Part shown: in pieces, positions 47,816 through 57,854 of the stretch
Numbering within the stretch: position 1 is the first letter of the stretch
Layout of the letters: each line of letters opens with the position of its first letter
Source of the DNA: a virus
Taxonomy: Duplodnaviria > Caudoviricetes
DNA: 64,000 bases
IMG/VR virus record: IMGVR_UViG_2684623024_000001
Coordinates: 4,207-68,206 of that record
Reading direction: 5' to 3' (one strand)
The notes under the pieces: model-generated
Told to the model about the DNA's origin: nothing
What the model saw: the letters and a program-made list of their open reading frames with translations, nothing else
Database searches by the model: none
Program-made: the position numbers and the translations under genes

Positions 47816-48730
47816 GTGACCAAGGATGAGCTGAAGGTTGGCGAGGTAGTGGCGCGGCGCGATCTGCACGCGCGCTTCGGCGGTACTCCTCAAGGCGGTA
47901 TCTCACCGTCGACCCAGGCCCAGATGGTGATGGTCTTCGTCGCCGAGCGACCAAGCCCAGATGACTTCACGGGGTGGGGGGAGGACGGAACCTTCCACCT
48001 CTCGGGCGCCGGCATGCACGGCGACCAAGAGATGACGCGAGGGAACCTGGCACTGCTGCGCCATAAGGAGCAGGGTCGCGCAGTGCACCTGTTCCACCAA
48101 CTCCGTAGGCATTCAGACGAACCAGGTCGGCTCTATCGCCACCTGGGCCGCTTCGAGGTCGACGCTGAACAGCCGTACTACGTCGCGGACGCAGCAGACG
48201 CCAACGGCCACATGCGGACCGTGATCGTCTTCCGGCTGCGGCCGGTCGGAGCCACCGTCCCCGACGGACCGCGCCTGCCGGTCACTCCGCTGACCGAAAC
48301 ACGCATCACCAGGGCACCTGAATTCAGCGCCGAATTCACCATCCGCGAGCGCCGACAGCCCCAGGAAACCGCGGGGGCCATCGTCAAACGCTTGACTGCG
48401 GACTACGCCAGGCACCTAAACGGGCTCGGGCGCGAGGTCGTCACCGCCCAGGTGCGAGTGAAAGGCGAAACCTGGGTTGCTCGCGTCGATCTCCTGGACG
48501 CCACCGAGAACAGACTCATCGAGGTGAAGCACAGCGCCACCCGGCAGTCAGTTCGAACGGCGATCGGTGCCCTCATGGACTACCGCCGCTTCTTCCACCC
48601 AACTCCCACCCTCACGCTGCTCGTGCCCGCGGCGCCGAGAGAGGACCTGCTCGACCTCTGCGCGTCCCTGTGCATCGAGGTCGTATGGCCGAACTATGGG
48701 GGAGGAGGCTTCACGTCGACCCATGACTAA
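47816..48730 (+). CDS. SRA-like domain plus PD-(D/E)XK nuclease (putative modification-dependent restriction enzyme)
   Basis: FGG..QGGISPS...SGAGMHGDQ..RGN...GRAVHLF; RVDLLD...LIEVK...AIGALMDY. Confidence 0.75.
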   Translation: MTKDELKVGEVVARRDLHARFGGTPQGGISPSTQAQMVMVFVAERPSPDDFTGWGEDGTFHLSGAGMHGDQEMTRGNLALLRHKEQGRAVHLFHQLRRHSDEPGRLYRHLGRFEVDAEQPYYVADAADANGHMRTVIVFRLRPVGATVPDGPRLPVTPLTETRITRAPEFSAEFTIRERRQPQETAGAIVKRLTADYARHLNGLGREVVTAQVRVKGETWVARVDLLDATENRLIEVKHSATRQSVRTAIGALMDYRRFFHPTPTLTLLVPAAPREDLLDLCASLCIEVVWPNYGGGGFTSTHD

Positions 48731-48855
48731 CGGCTGAGGCAGTACGCGCACTGCAATGCGCCGCTGCCCCAGCCGCCGTCTGGTTACCACAGGGGTCCTA
48801 GTCGCTGTGAGTAACCGTGCGCCCTTGTCCAGCAACGAACAGGAGCTACTCCATT

Positions 48856-49032
48856 ATGTGCGAAAACAACACCGTGCTCGAAGTCAGCAACGGCCACGAC
48901 GCCACCGCGGCCCGAATCTACGGGCTCGCCCTGGTGGCCGGCGTGCTGCTGATCATCTTCGGGGACACCAGCCCGGTCGAAGCGTCGGGGTTCGTCGCCC
49001 CGTTCCTGGTCATGTTCGAGCAGCGGCGGTAG
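48856..49032 (+). CDS. small membrane protein
   Basis: AGGAG RBS, hydrophobic segments. Confidence 0.4.
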   Translation: MCENNTVLEVSNGHDATAARIYGLALVAGVLLIIFGDTSPVEASGFVAPFLVMFEQRR

Positions 49033-49110
49033 CTAGCCGGTGGCGGTCGCTCCAGTGGTGCGACCGCCACCGTGCCCGAGGCAGAGCACACCATCGGTTC
49101 ACACCACGCA

Positions 49111-49491
49111 TTACGTCCTCTGCCCGGCCGCCTCAGCCACGGCCTCGTCGTAGCCGGGCATGCCCGGGGCCGGAATTGAAGAACAAGCTGCGAGGAAGCC
49201 ACCTCGGTCGCCTGCGCTCTGCTCGTGCTCGCCGAGCTGATCCCATCGGTCGGCGCACTCCTTCTCGCTCGGGCTGGAGTAGGAAGGTGCTGCGCCACTG
49301 GCGATCTTCTGTCGCTGCATGGCCAGCCCTTCTCTGCGCCCGAGCTGGTACGTCTCGCGAACGCGGTCGAGGTGCGCGGTGCGCTGCTCCTCTTTTGTCG
49401 GCTTCTCGGTCCCGGTCGAACAGCCCGTAAGACAGACAGCCGCGAGCGTTGCGATGCACAGGGCTGTGGCCCAACTCCCCCTGATCCCCAT
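49111..49491 (-). CDS. putative lipoprotein
   Basis: Signal peptide with lipobox LTGC; TAGCCT 6 nt before ATG. Confidence 0.65.
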   Translation of the reverse strand: MGIRGSWATALCIATLAAVCLTGCSTGTEKPTKEEQRTAHLDRVRETYQLGRREGLAMQRQKIASGAAPSYSSPSEKECADRWDQLGEHEQSAGDRGGFLAACSSIPAPGMPGYDEAVAEAAGQRT

Positions 49492-49692
49492 GCCCGGAGG
49501 CTAGCAGCGCGGGAGCACCCAGCAGTTGTCCACAGGCACAAGGCTGATTAGCCGCAGAGTTCGCGAAAGCTGCCACGATACGGAGGTGCAGTGCATAGGG
49601 TCGGCTTGCTACAACTGTGGGTCACCCATCCCGCTCGCCTGTTCATGAGTTCGGGCATGTCCTCTACGCCTTAACGGTGAAGGGAGAGTGTG

Positions 49693-49797
49693 ATGGGAGA
49701 GCACGCCAAGCCGAAGCGGAGGCAGCTGACTGGCCGCCGAGTCTGGTTACTCATCCAGATCGCGGTCTGGATGAGCAGCCACTTCGGCGACCAGTAG
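49693..49797 (+). CDS. 34-aa basic/hydrophobic peptide (not in ORF track)
   Basis: MGEHAKPKRRQLTGRRVWLLIQIAVWMSSHFGDQ with AAGGGAG RBS and downstream hairpin. Confidence 0.4.
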   Translation: MGEHAKPKRRQLTGRRVWLLIQIAVWMSSHFGDQ

Positions 49798-50038
49798 CCG
49801 GGCTGGGCATCGGCCGTTCTCGACTGGCATCTTGGCGGCCGGTGCCCGCATCTCGCGGGTGGTGCTCACTCAACAGGGGTCACCCCCCGGTGGGGTAGCC
49901 CCTGCCGAGCATAGCGGGATGACGCGTAAAACTTGCCTCCTGTGAAGAACACGTACTCACGTGAGTATGTGGCCGTCCACTGCGCGGCTATGGGCCGTTT
50001 CTTCATGGGGCCGTTTTACTGTCAGCAGGCCAGCCGGT

Positions 50039-51577
50039 TCAGCGGCGCCCGTCGAAGCGGTCGTCGTCGATGTCGGATGGCAGGGTGTCCAGTTGATCCG
50101 GGTCGGCTAGTTCGGTCAGCCCATGCACCGCGGCGTCCATGCGGTCCGGGCTATCCATTCCCTCGACCCAGGTGACCATCTGGTCCTCCAGTTCGCTGTA
50201 CTCACCGACGTGGTGGACGAGCTGCTGTTCGTACAGCTGTGCCACCGGTGCCGCGCGCAGGCGCTTGCCCACCTTGGCAGTGACTTCCAGGATCATCGGC
50301 ATGAGCAGTCCCTTGGTGACGCCTTCGCGGCGTAGCTGCTCCCATGCCTGCGTGACGATCTGGCGGGCCATGTCTCCGCCATAGTTCTTCTCGACCACGA
50401 TCGCGTCGGCCTTGAGTTCGAGCGCGAGGCGGCAGGCGGCCAGGCCCCAGTCATTCGCGCCCATGGAGCCGGACCGGTCGGCGAGGACGTACAGCTGCCT
50501 GTCGAAGTCCCGACCGACGCCTATGACGCCGGTCTCGTCGCCGACGGTGGACTCTCCGCCGGCGGGGTCGACTGCCACGACGATGCGCGCCATGTCGATG
50601 CCGGAGAACTGGACGGCGTTGATGCGGGCGGTGTCGATCCACTCGCGCTTCCAAACGCCTCCCTCGGGCGGGCGGGGCTTTTGCATGTAGAGGGCGCCCC
50701 AGACCCGTTCGCCGACACGCTTACGGGTTCGCGCGTGGTGGGCTACGTCGAATCGCTGGGGCCACAGCGGCTCGCCGGGTGCCCGGCCGAGCGGGTCATC
50801 GGGGCTGTCGGCAAGGGCCGGGAGGTCGATGACGCGCCATGCGTCTCGCTCGGTGGCGAGGATGCGCCCGGCGAGGTCGTCCTCGTGCCAGCGCGTCTGG
50901 ATCAGGCAGATGGCTCCGGTGGGTTCGAGTCGGGTCTGTATTACGGAGGTCCACCAGTCCCAGGCGCGTTTGCGCATGGTCGGCGAGTCCGCGTCGGCCA
51001 TGTCCTTGACCGGGTCGTCCACGATGGCGATGTGGGCGCCGCGTCCGGTGAGGCCGCCTCCGATGCCCGCAGCGAGGAGCCCGCCTTCGCCGCCGACGAT
51101 GTCGAAGCGGTTGGCGGCCTTGCTGCCGGCCGCGAGCTGGATGCCGAGGTCGTCGCCCCAGGTGTAGATGGCGTCCCTGATCCATCGGCCGTGGTCGTCG
51201 GCCAGGTCGGCGGAGTAGCTGGCGATCATCATGCGGTGGCCGGGGTTGCGCCTCAGGTACCAGAGCGGAGCCCAGCGGGAGGCGCGTCGGCTCTTGCCGT
51301 GCCGCGGGGGCATCGTGAGCATGACCCGGTCGCACCGCCCCTCGGCCATGTCGATGAACGCGCGGTCGATCAGGTCCAGGTGCGGTGCCTGCATCTCTCG
51401 CCCGCCGGTGAGGACGGCGGCGAGCGCGCCTGGCGAGCGGTCCATGGCCAACTGACGCTCCGCGCGTGCCAGCTCAGCCCGTAGCGTCGGGGAGGCGGAC
51501 CGGGCGATGGCACGGCGTTGGGCTGGCGGCAGCGTCTTGTAGTGGGCGATGACGCTCTCGTTGTCCCGGGGCCTCAT
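50039..51577 (-). CDS. terL: Terminase large subunit
   Basis: MPPRHGKS Walker A, IVDDP, QTRWHEDD, VAVDPA, SPDRMDA. Confidence 0.95.
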   Translation of the reverse strand: MRPRDNESVIAHYKTLPPAQRRAIARSASPTLRAELARAERQLAMDRSPGALAAVLTGGREMQAPHLDLIDRAFIDMAEGRCDRVMLTMPPRHGKSRRASRWAPLWYLRRNPGHRMMIASYSADLADDHGRWIRDAIYTWGDDLGIQLAAGSKAANRFDIVGGEGGLLAAGIGGGLTGRGAHIAIVDDPVKDMADADSPTMRKRAWDWWTSVIQTRLEPTGAICLIQTRWHEDDLAGRILATERDAWRVIDLPALADSPDDPLGRAPGEPLWPQRFDVAHHARTRKRVGERVWGALYMQKPRPPEGGVWKREWIDTARINAVQFSGIDMARIVVAVDPAGGESTVGDETGVIGVGRDFDRQLYVLADRSGSMGANDWGLAACRLALELKADAIVVEKNYGGDMARQIVTQAWEQLRREGVTKGLLMPMILEVTAKVGKRLRAAPVAQLYEQQLVHHVGEYSELEDQMVTWVEGMDSPDRMDAAVHGLTELADPDQLDTLPSDIDDDRFDGRR

Positions 51578-52110
51578 TCGGCGTCCGGGTCGGTCAGGGC
51601 GATCAGCGCGTCGAGTTCGTCGGCGGTGACGTTCTCGATCTGCACCGGCCCGCCGTCGGGGCCGGACAGCTCCGTCCTGACGGGCATGTCGAGGCCGAGC
51701 AGTCGGGCGCGCCGTTCCATGATCCGCAGGGTTCGGTCGATGGCCGCGAGGTCCTGGTCCCGGACGGCCTTCTTGTAGGCGACGAAGAACAGCCGGTCGA
51801 GCCGGTCGGCTTCAAGCGCGCGCAGCTCGTCAACGTCGTCGTTTAGCTCGGCGCGGCGGTCGGCGAGTGCTGTGCGGACGTCCCGGCAGGCGGCGTGGAT
51901 CAGGGCCTCGTCGGTGGGCGGGTCCTGGTTCTTGCGGTACCGCTCGATGCCGTAGCCCTGGGGGTAGGCGATGCCGTCAGAGTTCGCGGTCGGGTCGGCA
52001 GCCAGCTTGCGGGCGATCGTCAGCCAGTCCACGCCGGCGAGTCGTAGGTCGATGGCGTCCGAGCGGCGGCGCGCGATGGCCGCCCGCGCGGCTTTGTCGG
52101 GGCGTCCCAC
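51574..52110 (-). CDS. terS: Terminase small subunit
   Basis: HTH, RRARLLGLD..ELSGPDGGPVQ; overlaps terL start. Confidence 0.8.
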   Translation of the reverse strand: MGRPDKAARAAIARRRSDAIDLRLAGVDWLTIARKLAADPTANSDGIAYPQGYGIERYRKNQDPPTDEALIHAACRDVRTALADRRAELNDDVDELRALEADRLDRLFFVAYKKAVRDQDLAAIDRTLRIMERRARLLGLDMPVRTELSGPDGGPVQIENVTADELDALIALTDPDAE

Positions 52111-52500
52111 GGCGGGGTCCTCCACAGCTCGGGTGCGCCCCCGCGCCCGGGTCCATGATCGCACCACCGGCGGGAGCAGGCGCTCCGCCTCTTCACCTGT
52201 TCCCCAGACAGCGACTCTGCGGCCCACTACCATGTCGGCTGGAAGTCCGGGAAGCGCCCCCACAGTTGAAGGGCGTGCACTCCCGGGTGCTCCGAGAAGT
52301 CCGGGCGGATCCAGCGACCTGCCTGACTCGCCACGGTGCACGGACGAGCGACCACTTTCGCGACGCCAAGAGAAGCCAGAAAAGTCTGAACGCCCTGAGT
52401 TTCTATCGCTGGTACGGAACTCAGTTCAGCCACAAGTTGTGGCCGAGCTGAGTATGCGTGCCCGCATTCAGTTCGGCCCTGTACAGAAAGGGACCGAACG

Positions 52501-52806
52501 GTGGACTCGTCTGCGGTTCTTTGGATTCTCGCCTGGTCGGGCGTGATCTCTGTTTTGATCTTCGTCCTGACCGGAATCTTGGGGCAGCTCCTCCCCTTGA
52601 TCGAGGCGTGGCGCAAGCTGCGCAGCACTTTCCGGGACGACAGCGAGCGGAACCGTTCGGAAGGCAGCGAGTTGGCGCTCGCACAGGAGTGCACAAATGC
52701 GCCGACCGCCGACCCGGTGCAGTCCGAAACTGCTGGATCAGCGATCGGCGCGGAGCGGCATGGCGAGGCGGATTCCGCCGCACCGGCGCCGCCGTCACAT
52801 CAGTGA
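52501..52806 (+). CDS. small membrane protein
   Basis: AAGGG RBS; N-terminal TM segment. Confidence 0.5.
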   Translation: MDSSAVLWILAWSGVISVLIFVLTGILGQLLPLIEAWRKLRSTFRDDSERNRSEGSELALAQECTNAPTADPVQSETAGSAIGAERHGEADSAAPAPPSHQ

Positions 52807-53307
52807 CATCTGCTCGCCTTCACCCGGCCTCTTGGGCGGAATGAACTCCGGCGGCGCATCCGGCGCATCCCGGCGGGTCCGCAGCCACCAGGCGAACTGG
52901 TAATTGCGGCAGGTGCGGTAGCGCACGGAGTTCCGGCGCGGCTCGTCGGCGGGAATGCTGTGCTCGCCCCATCCGGTGATGGGGCGAGCGTTGGCGAGGT
53001 GTACGTGGAGTCCCGGCACCATGGCGGGGCCGTCCCACTCTTCGCCCGGGGCGCCCTCGAAGGCCAGGTGGGCGTTCTGACTCCAGTTCCAGGGATTGGG
53101 CAGAGCGCACAGGTACCAGGCCAGCGGCGGGTTGTCCTGAGGGAGGTCGACGGTTTGGTGGCGGCGACGTACGTCCACCCGCGGGCGGTCGGGCCGGCCG
53201 AAGCTGCGCAGGCAGTGCTGGTCGAGGGCGACGTGCCGCACGCCAGCCAGCCACATGATGTGGTACCGACTTCGGGATTCGATTTGGATTTGTATTCGCT
53301 GCGACAT
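52795..53307 (-). CDS. hypothetical protein downstream of ParB-methyltransferase
   Basis: GGGAG RBS; HC, YLC, HL, CR motifs. Confidence 0.65.
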   Translation of the reverse strand: MSQRIQIQIESRSRYHIMWLAGVRHVALDQHCLRSFGRPDRPRVDVRRRHQTVDLPQDNPPLAWYLCALPNPWNWSQNAHLAFEGAPGEEWDGPAMVPGLHVHLANARPITGWGEHSIPADEPRRNSVRYRTCRNYQFAWWLRTRRDAPDAPPEFIPPKRPGEGEQMSLM

Positions 53308-53327
53308 GCACTCCCCAATTGCGTTCC

Positions 53328-54773
53328 CTAACTGGAGAGAGATTCATTTCTCTCTACTGTCAATTTTATCAAATTTCCCACCAATTCCAGATGCCTGTCA
53401 TGACGGAAGCCATTCGGATAAGGCATGTTGAATTCCTCTTCGAATGCTTTCTCGTATTCCTCTTTGGGGAGCGCGATGGGACGGCGACATGTCGCTTTGA
53501 GGTTGGACCCGCTGAGGTCGGTGACCTTCACTTCCTCGAAGTAGCGGCGCAGCATGGGCTCCAGCGTCTCGGGGGTGTGGAAGCGGAGCTTCTGCCACTT
53601 CCCCTTGACGAAGTTCATCTCGACGTTGTCCTCGTCGAGGAAGCTCATCTTCGTGGTCGCGGTCTGGGAGGTTACGCGCTTGGCCTGCTCGTCACGAAGT
53701 TCGCGGGCGAGGCTCCGCGTACCGAGGCAGACCACTCCGTCGGCGGCGCACAGGGCGTTGACGGTGGTCATCACCCAGTGCTGGTAGCCGAGCGAGGTGG
53801 TGGCGTTGATGACGGAGTCGAGGACAACGACGTCGTACAGCCCGTTGGCCTGGATGTCCTTGTCGATGTCGCGGATCATGCCGACGACCGCGCGGATGTC
53901 GACGGCGTATGAGCCGTCCCGGCAGCGGTAGGGCTCGTAGTCGTGGATGTTGAAGCCCTTGGCGCGCAGGTGCTTGGCGTAGTCGCCGTATCCGGCGCCG
54001 AAGTCCACGACGCGGTGTGTGGGCTTGAGCCAGGGGGTGACGAGCTGGTCCCACGTTTCGGAGCCGTAGGCGAGCTTCCCCGCCTTGGCCTTGGAGGAGA
54101 ACTGCCTGAGCCTTTTGGGCTGGACGATGTGCTGGTTCCAGACAGGGGCCTTGTTCTCGATCGCGGTCCAGTCGTAGACGCCGTACTCGCCGGTGAGGTC
54201 GGCGTGGAGCTGTGCTGCGTCGGCCGAGGACACGGTCCAGGCGAGGACATCGAAGCGCGAGAAGGAGGCGACCACGGCGTACTCGGCGTTGAGGACGATG
54301 CGGCCCTGGTCATCGATGACGACGCTGCCCCAGGGGCCGTGGCCGGCGGTCATGTGGCCGATGGCGTTGACGAAGGACAGGTTCTTGCGTTCAGCGACGC
54401 GGATGGACTGCCACGGTATCCAGGACCAGGCGCCGATCTCGCCGGGCTCGGCGTAGACGATGCTGGCCTCGGTCTCCACGCGGTTGTGGAGCAAGTTGAA
54501 TTGGATCTCGTCCTGCAACCTGACCTTGGTGCCGAGCATGACCGCGGGGGTGTGGGTCAGACCGATGGCCTTGAGTCCCTTGGTCCTCTGGTGACCTGCG
54601 ACGAGGGTGCCATCCGCGTTGAGGATGACCGGCTTGACAACACCGTGGCGGCGCAGCGATGCCTGGAGCCGGACGAAGGCCGTCTCGCTGAGGCGGCGCG
54701 GGTTGTAGTCGGCGGGGCGCAGTTGGTCGAGCGGGTACGCCTCGTGGAAGGTGGTGGTGGGTGCCTTGCTCAT
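53328..54773 (-). CDS. ParB/Srx N-terminal domain fused to class I SAM-dependent methyltransferase
   Basis: PADYNPR...GVVKPVI...AGHQR; VVDFGAGYG...YDVVVLDSVINA. Confidence 0.8.
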   Translation of the reverse strand: MSKAPTTTFHEAYPLDQLRPADYNPRRLSETAFVRLQASLRRHGVVKPVILNADGTLVAGHQRTKGLKAIGLTHTPAVMLGTKVRLQDEIQFNLLHNRVETEASIVYAEPGEIGAWSWIPWQSIRVAERKNLSFVNAIGHMTAGHGPWGSVVIDDQGRIVLNAEYAVVASFSRFDVLAWTVSSADAAQLHADLTGEYGVYDWTAIENKAPVWNQHIVQPKRLRQFSSKAKAGKLAYGSETWDQLVTPWLKPTHRVVDFGAGYGDYAKHLRAKGFNIHDYEPYRCRDGSYAVDIRAVVGMIRDIDKDIQANGLYDVVVLDSVINATTSLGYQHWVMTTVNALCAADGVVCLGTRSLARELRDEQAKRVTSQTATTKMSFLDEDNVEMNFVKGKWQKLRFHTPETLEPMLRRYFEEVKVTDLSGSNLKATCRRPIALPKEEYEKAFEEEFNMPYPNGFRHDRHLELVGNLIKLTVERNESLSS

Positions 54774-55429
54774 GCGGGTTCGCCCTCCTGGTGGGCTTCC
54801 TGGAGGACGTGCCAGCCGAAGCCGAGGTCACTGTTGGTGTCGTCGACGAACTTCGCGTAGATGGCGTTGAGGGCTTCGACTTCTTCGGAGGTGATCCGCA
54901 CTCGCTTGGACTCCCACTGGAGGTAGCCCCACTGGAGGTAGTCGACCGTGGCGGCAGCTCCGGTGCCCGCGCCGTCCGATGTCAGCTCCAGTGCCTCGGG
55001 GAGTGAGGTGTCGTCCAGGAGTCGGTCGACGCTCTCGCGGTCGTATCCCGTACCCGCGAGGTCGGGGATCTCGGAGAGGACTTCGGCGAGCAGGGCGCTG
55101 TCGTACCCGGCGAGGTCGTTGGTCCGGTTGTCGACGATGACGATGCGGGCCGCTGCTTCGTCATCGACGTCGACCCAGGTGGCCGCGATCTGTTCCCAGC
55201 CGAGCTGCTGGGCGGCGGCGACGGTGTGATTGCCTGCCAGGATCTCGTTCGGCCGCCCGGTGTGGGTGCCTTTGTTCACCACGACCGGCCGGTACTGGCC
55301 GTTGACCGTCAGCGACTCGGCGATGGATGGGATGTCGCCGCTACGGGGGTTGCGGTAGTACGGCGCCAGGTCCCCGATGGGGACGGCCAGCGGCAGGAGC
55401 TGTTCGGGGATGTTGGCGAGCGCGGTCAC
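54770..55429 (-). CDS. ParB/Srx-like domain protein
   Basis: PYYRNPR...IAESL...GQYRPVVV...ILAGNH...IVDNR. Confidence 0.82.
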   Translation of the reverse strand: MTALANIPEQLLPLAVPIGDLAPYYRNPRSGDIPSIAESLTVNGQYRPVVVNKGTHTGRPNEILAGNHTVAAAQQLGWEQIAATWVDVDDEAAARIVIVDNRTNDLAGYDSALLAEVLSEIPDLAGTGYDRESVDRLLDDTSLPEALELTSDGAGTGAAATVDYLQWGYLQWESKRVRITSEEVEALNAIYAKFVDDTNSDLGFGWHVLQEAHQEGEPA

Positions 55430-55484
55430 GGTCGTCCCTTGTGTAGGCCGTTCCCCGCGCCCTACGCACGCCAACACTAGACGA

Positions 55485-55688
55485 TCACTGGGCTTGTGGC
55501 GGCTCCGAGTCCACGTGGCCGGCCTGTGCGGTCGAGCCTGTCTCGGTGGACGTCGTCTCCTTCGTGACGATGGCTCGGTAGTGGCGGAGTTCAGCCCGTA
55601 TGGAGTCGAGCTGGTCGTCTGTGATGGTGCTGGCGGTGAGCTGATCGAGGTCGACCGGCTCACCGCCGCAGTGGCGCGAGGTGGTCAT
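55485..55688 (-). CDS. hypothetical protein
   Basis: 67-aa ORF; TAGATT upstream. Confidence 0.4.
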   Translation of the reverse strand: MTTSRHCGGEPVDLDQLTASTITDDQLDSIRAELRHYRAIVTKETTSTETGSTAQAGHVDSEPPQAQ

Positions 55689-55818
55689 GGCGCCTGAATC
55701 TAGCGGTTGTTGCAGCGACAGATGCCGGGCGGCAGGCACCACGAATCGCACGAGTCGCACCACACAGCTCCAGGAACCGGCGGGACGCGGGTTTCCATCG
55801 TCTCCTGGTTGTCGTGAT

Positions 55819-56025
55819 TCATGCCGCTCTTCTCCTTGATCGTGGCGAGATGGCCGCTTCGAGGTCGGCCAAGTGCCGCTGGGCGTCGTTGTTCTGGCTT
55901 CTTGGGGCCTTTAGACCGGGGTCGCGTTCGATGAGGGCGTTGATCGGCGGGCCGTCACGCTCGACGAGGAGGCGCAGGTACAGCTCGCGGTCCGCTGGAT
56001 CCCCCTTGAAGTCCTCTGCGTTCAT
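55819..56025 (-). CDS. hypothetical protein
   Basis: GGGAG RBS, MNAEDFKGDP... Confidence 0.45.
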   Translation of the reverse strand: MNAEDFKGDPADRELYLRLLVERDGPPINALIERDPGLKAPRSQNNDAQRHLADLEAAISPRSRRRAA

Positions 56026-56256
56026 GGCGCTCCCGAGTGCACGGGGACCCGCCCCCGTGGGCGAGGGCGGGTCCGGGCGTGATCGTGGACGTGGCGGCAT
56101 CCCGGGTGGCTTCACGTCGGCGCGGAGCCGGTGCCTGGCGGGTAGGGCGCGGGGGATTGGCCACCCGCCAGGCACCGAAGGGGATGCCGCATGCCACGGC
56201 ATGTTGGTGGGCCGGTTCCTCGGCTGTGGCCGTTCCCGCCAACGAGATAGACCGTA

Positions 56257-57195
56257 TCACTCTTGAGTGTTGGGATCTATCTTGCGCAAAGAGTGGTCCC
56301 GCCCGTCATGCGGCGCTCCGTAGCCGAGCCCGTCGAGAGGCGCTGTTCCGTGAGCGGTCGGTTCGTCTGTGAGGAACAGGTCCTGCTGCACCGCGCGGGG
56401 CTGAGCGGTGAAGCCCTCGGGCCTGAGCGTGATCTGTCGCATGCCGCGAGGGGGAGCCACGTCGCGGACCGGGATGACCGCGATCACAGTGGCCACCCCT
56501 ACCGCCGGGAACGCGTCTGCGGGCAGCTCCCACAGGGTTCCCCGCGCCTCCCAGATCCGGGCGAGGAAGTCATTGGTCCTGTGATCGCCCCGGTAGGTGA
56601 GGCTGCCGTACATGATCGCGACGAGGAGGCCGCCGGGCTGGATGAAGCGCAGCGCCCGCTCCACGTGCCGGATGTCCTGGCGTCCGGCAAACGGCGGGTT
56701 CATGATGACGCGCTGGTAGCGGCGCTGCACCGGCACGCTGAAGAAGTCGGCGTTCGTGACCTGCCGGGCGTACCCGCCGGCGCGGATGTGCTCGGCGCGG
56801 GCGGTGTCGAGTTCGACGCAGTCCACGATGGCCCCGCGGGCGGCGACGGCTTCGGCGATGGCGCCGCGCCCCGCCGAGGGCTCCAGCACCTCGCATCCAG
56901 TTTCGAGTTCGGCCAGGTCCAGGAGGCGTTCGACCGTGGGCTCCGGCGTCGGGTAGAACCCCCGGTCGACATCGGTGATCACCTCGCCCGTGGCGAGCAG
57001 CCCGGCTATGGCGTCGGCGGCGTCGATGGTGAAGATGTGGGCCTTCTTGTAGCGGTGCCAGACGCCGCCCACCGTGTGAAGGGCGAGGTTGACGCGCTCG
57101 TACAACTTGCGTTCGAGCTGGCCGTTCAGGCGGAGCGCCGGGCCGTCGACCGTGGCCGCGCGGAGGACGTCGAGAACGTCGGGATCTATCTGCAT
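56257..57195 (-). CDS. Amino-(N6-adenine/N4-cytosine) DNA methyltransferase
   Basis: FYPTP, VLEPSAGRG, IMNPPF. Confidence 0.88.
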   Translation of the reverse strand: MQIDPDVLDVLRAATVDGPALRLNGQLERKLYERVNLALHTVGGVWHRYKKAHIFTIDAADAIAGLLATGEVITDVDRGFYPTPEPTVERLLDLAELETGCEVLEPSAGRGAIAEAVAARGAIVDCVELDTARAEHIRAGGYARQVTNADFFSVPVQRRYQRVIMNPPFAGRQDIRHVERALRFIQPGGLLVAIMYGSLTYRGDHRTNDFLARIWEARGTLWELPADAFPAVGVATVIAVIPVRDVAPPRGMRQITLRPEGFTAQPRAVQQDLFLTDEPTAHGTAPLDGLGYGAPHDGRDHSLRKIDPNTQE

Positions 57196-57210
57196 GGTTG
57201 GGTCTCCTGA

Positions 57211-57462
57211 TCAGGCGTATTGGGTGCAGTTGGCGGCGAGCGGATGGCCCTTGTGGTCCGCGCAGACGGCGTCCCCCGTCGCAGGGTCCGTGCCGCCGTC
57301 ACACAGCTCGCACACCCAGTAGCCGCAGACGACGCAGATCGCGGAGGCGAGCTGGTTGTGGGTGTCGGCCAGGTCGGCGTCGCAACGGCGACAGATCTCG
57401 GGCGGTAGGGTGCCGTCTTCGGGCCAGGTCTTGAGGCCGTTGATGCGCTCGGGCCGCTTCAT
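57211..57462 (-). CDS. Cys-rich zinc-finger-like protein
   Basis: Several CxxC motifs. Confidence 0.55.
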   Translation of the reverse strand: MKRPERINGLKTWPEDGTLPPEICRRCDADLADTHNQLASAICVVCGYWVCELCDGGTDPATGDAVCADHKGHPLAANCTQYA

Positions 57463-57794
57463 ACGGTCTGGCCCTCAGCCTCGTTCGTGGCGCCGGCGAC
57501 GAGCAGCGCCGCTTCGAGTTCCACCAGGCGCGCCGCGACCATGATGGGGAAGCGGACATAGACGGAACCACCGGCCTGGTTGAGGAGTTCGGCTGCGGCG
57601 AGGAAGGTCGCGTTGCTGGCCTCGTTCAGAACCTGCGGGTCGTTGTCGCGGCGGGCCTTGACCAGATGCTGCGCGGCCTCCCGAACGAGCTGGGCGGCGT
57701 CGGAGTCGTACTCCTCAAGGGCGTTGGCCGTGGCCGGCACCCCCTCGAACAGGTTGCGATTGATGTTGCGCATGGTGCGGATGTCGTTCATCAC
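57459..57794 (-). CDS. hypothetical protein
   Basis: 111 aa with GGGAG RBS. Confidence 0.55.
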   Translation of the reverse strand: MMNDIRTMRNINRNLFEGVPATANALEEYDSDAAQLVREAAQHLVKARRDNDPQVLNEASNATFLAAAELLNQAGGSVYVRFPIMVAARLVELEAALLVAGATNEAEGQTV

Positions 57795-57854
57795 TGTGGG
57801 TCTCCCGGTGGAAAGAGGGGGCGGCCCGCTGGGGGCCGCCCCGGGATGGATCGT

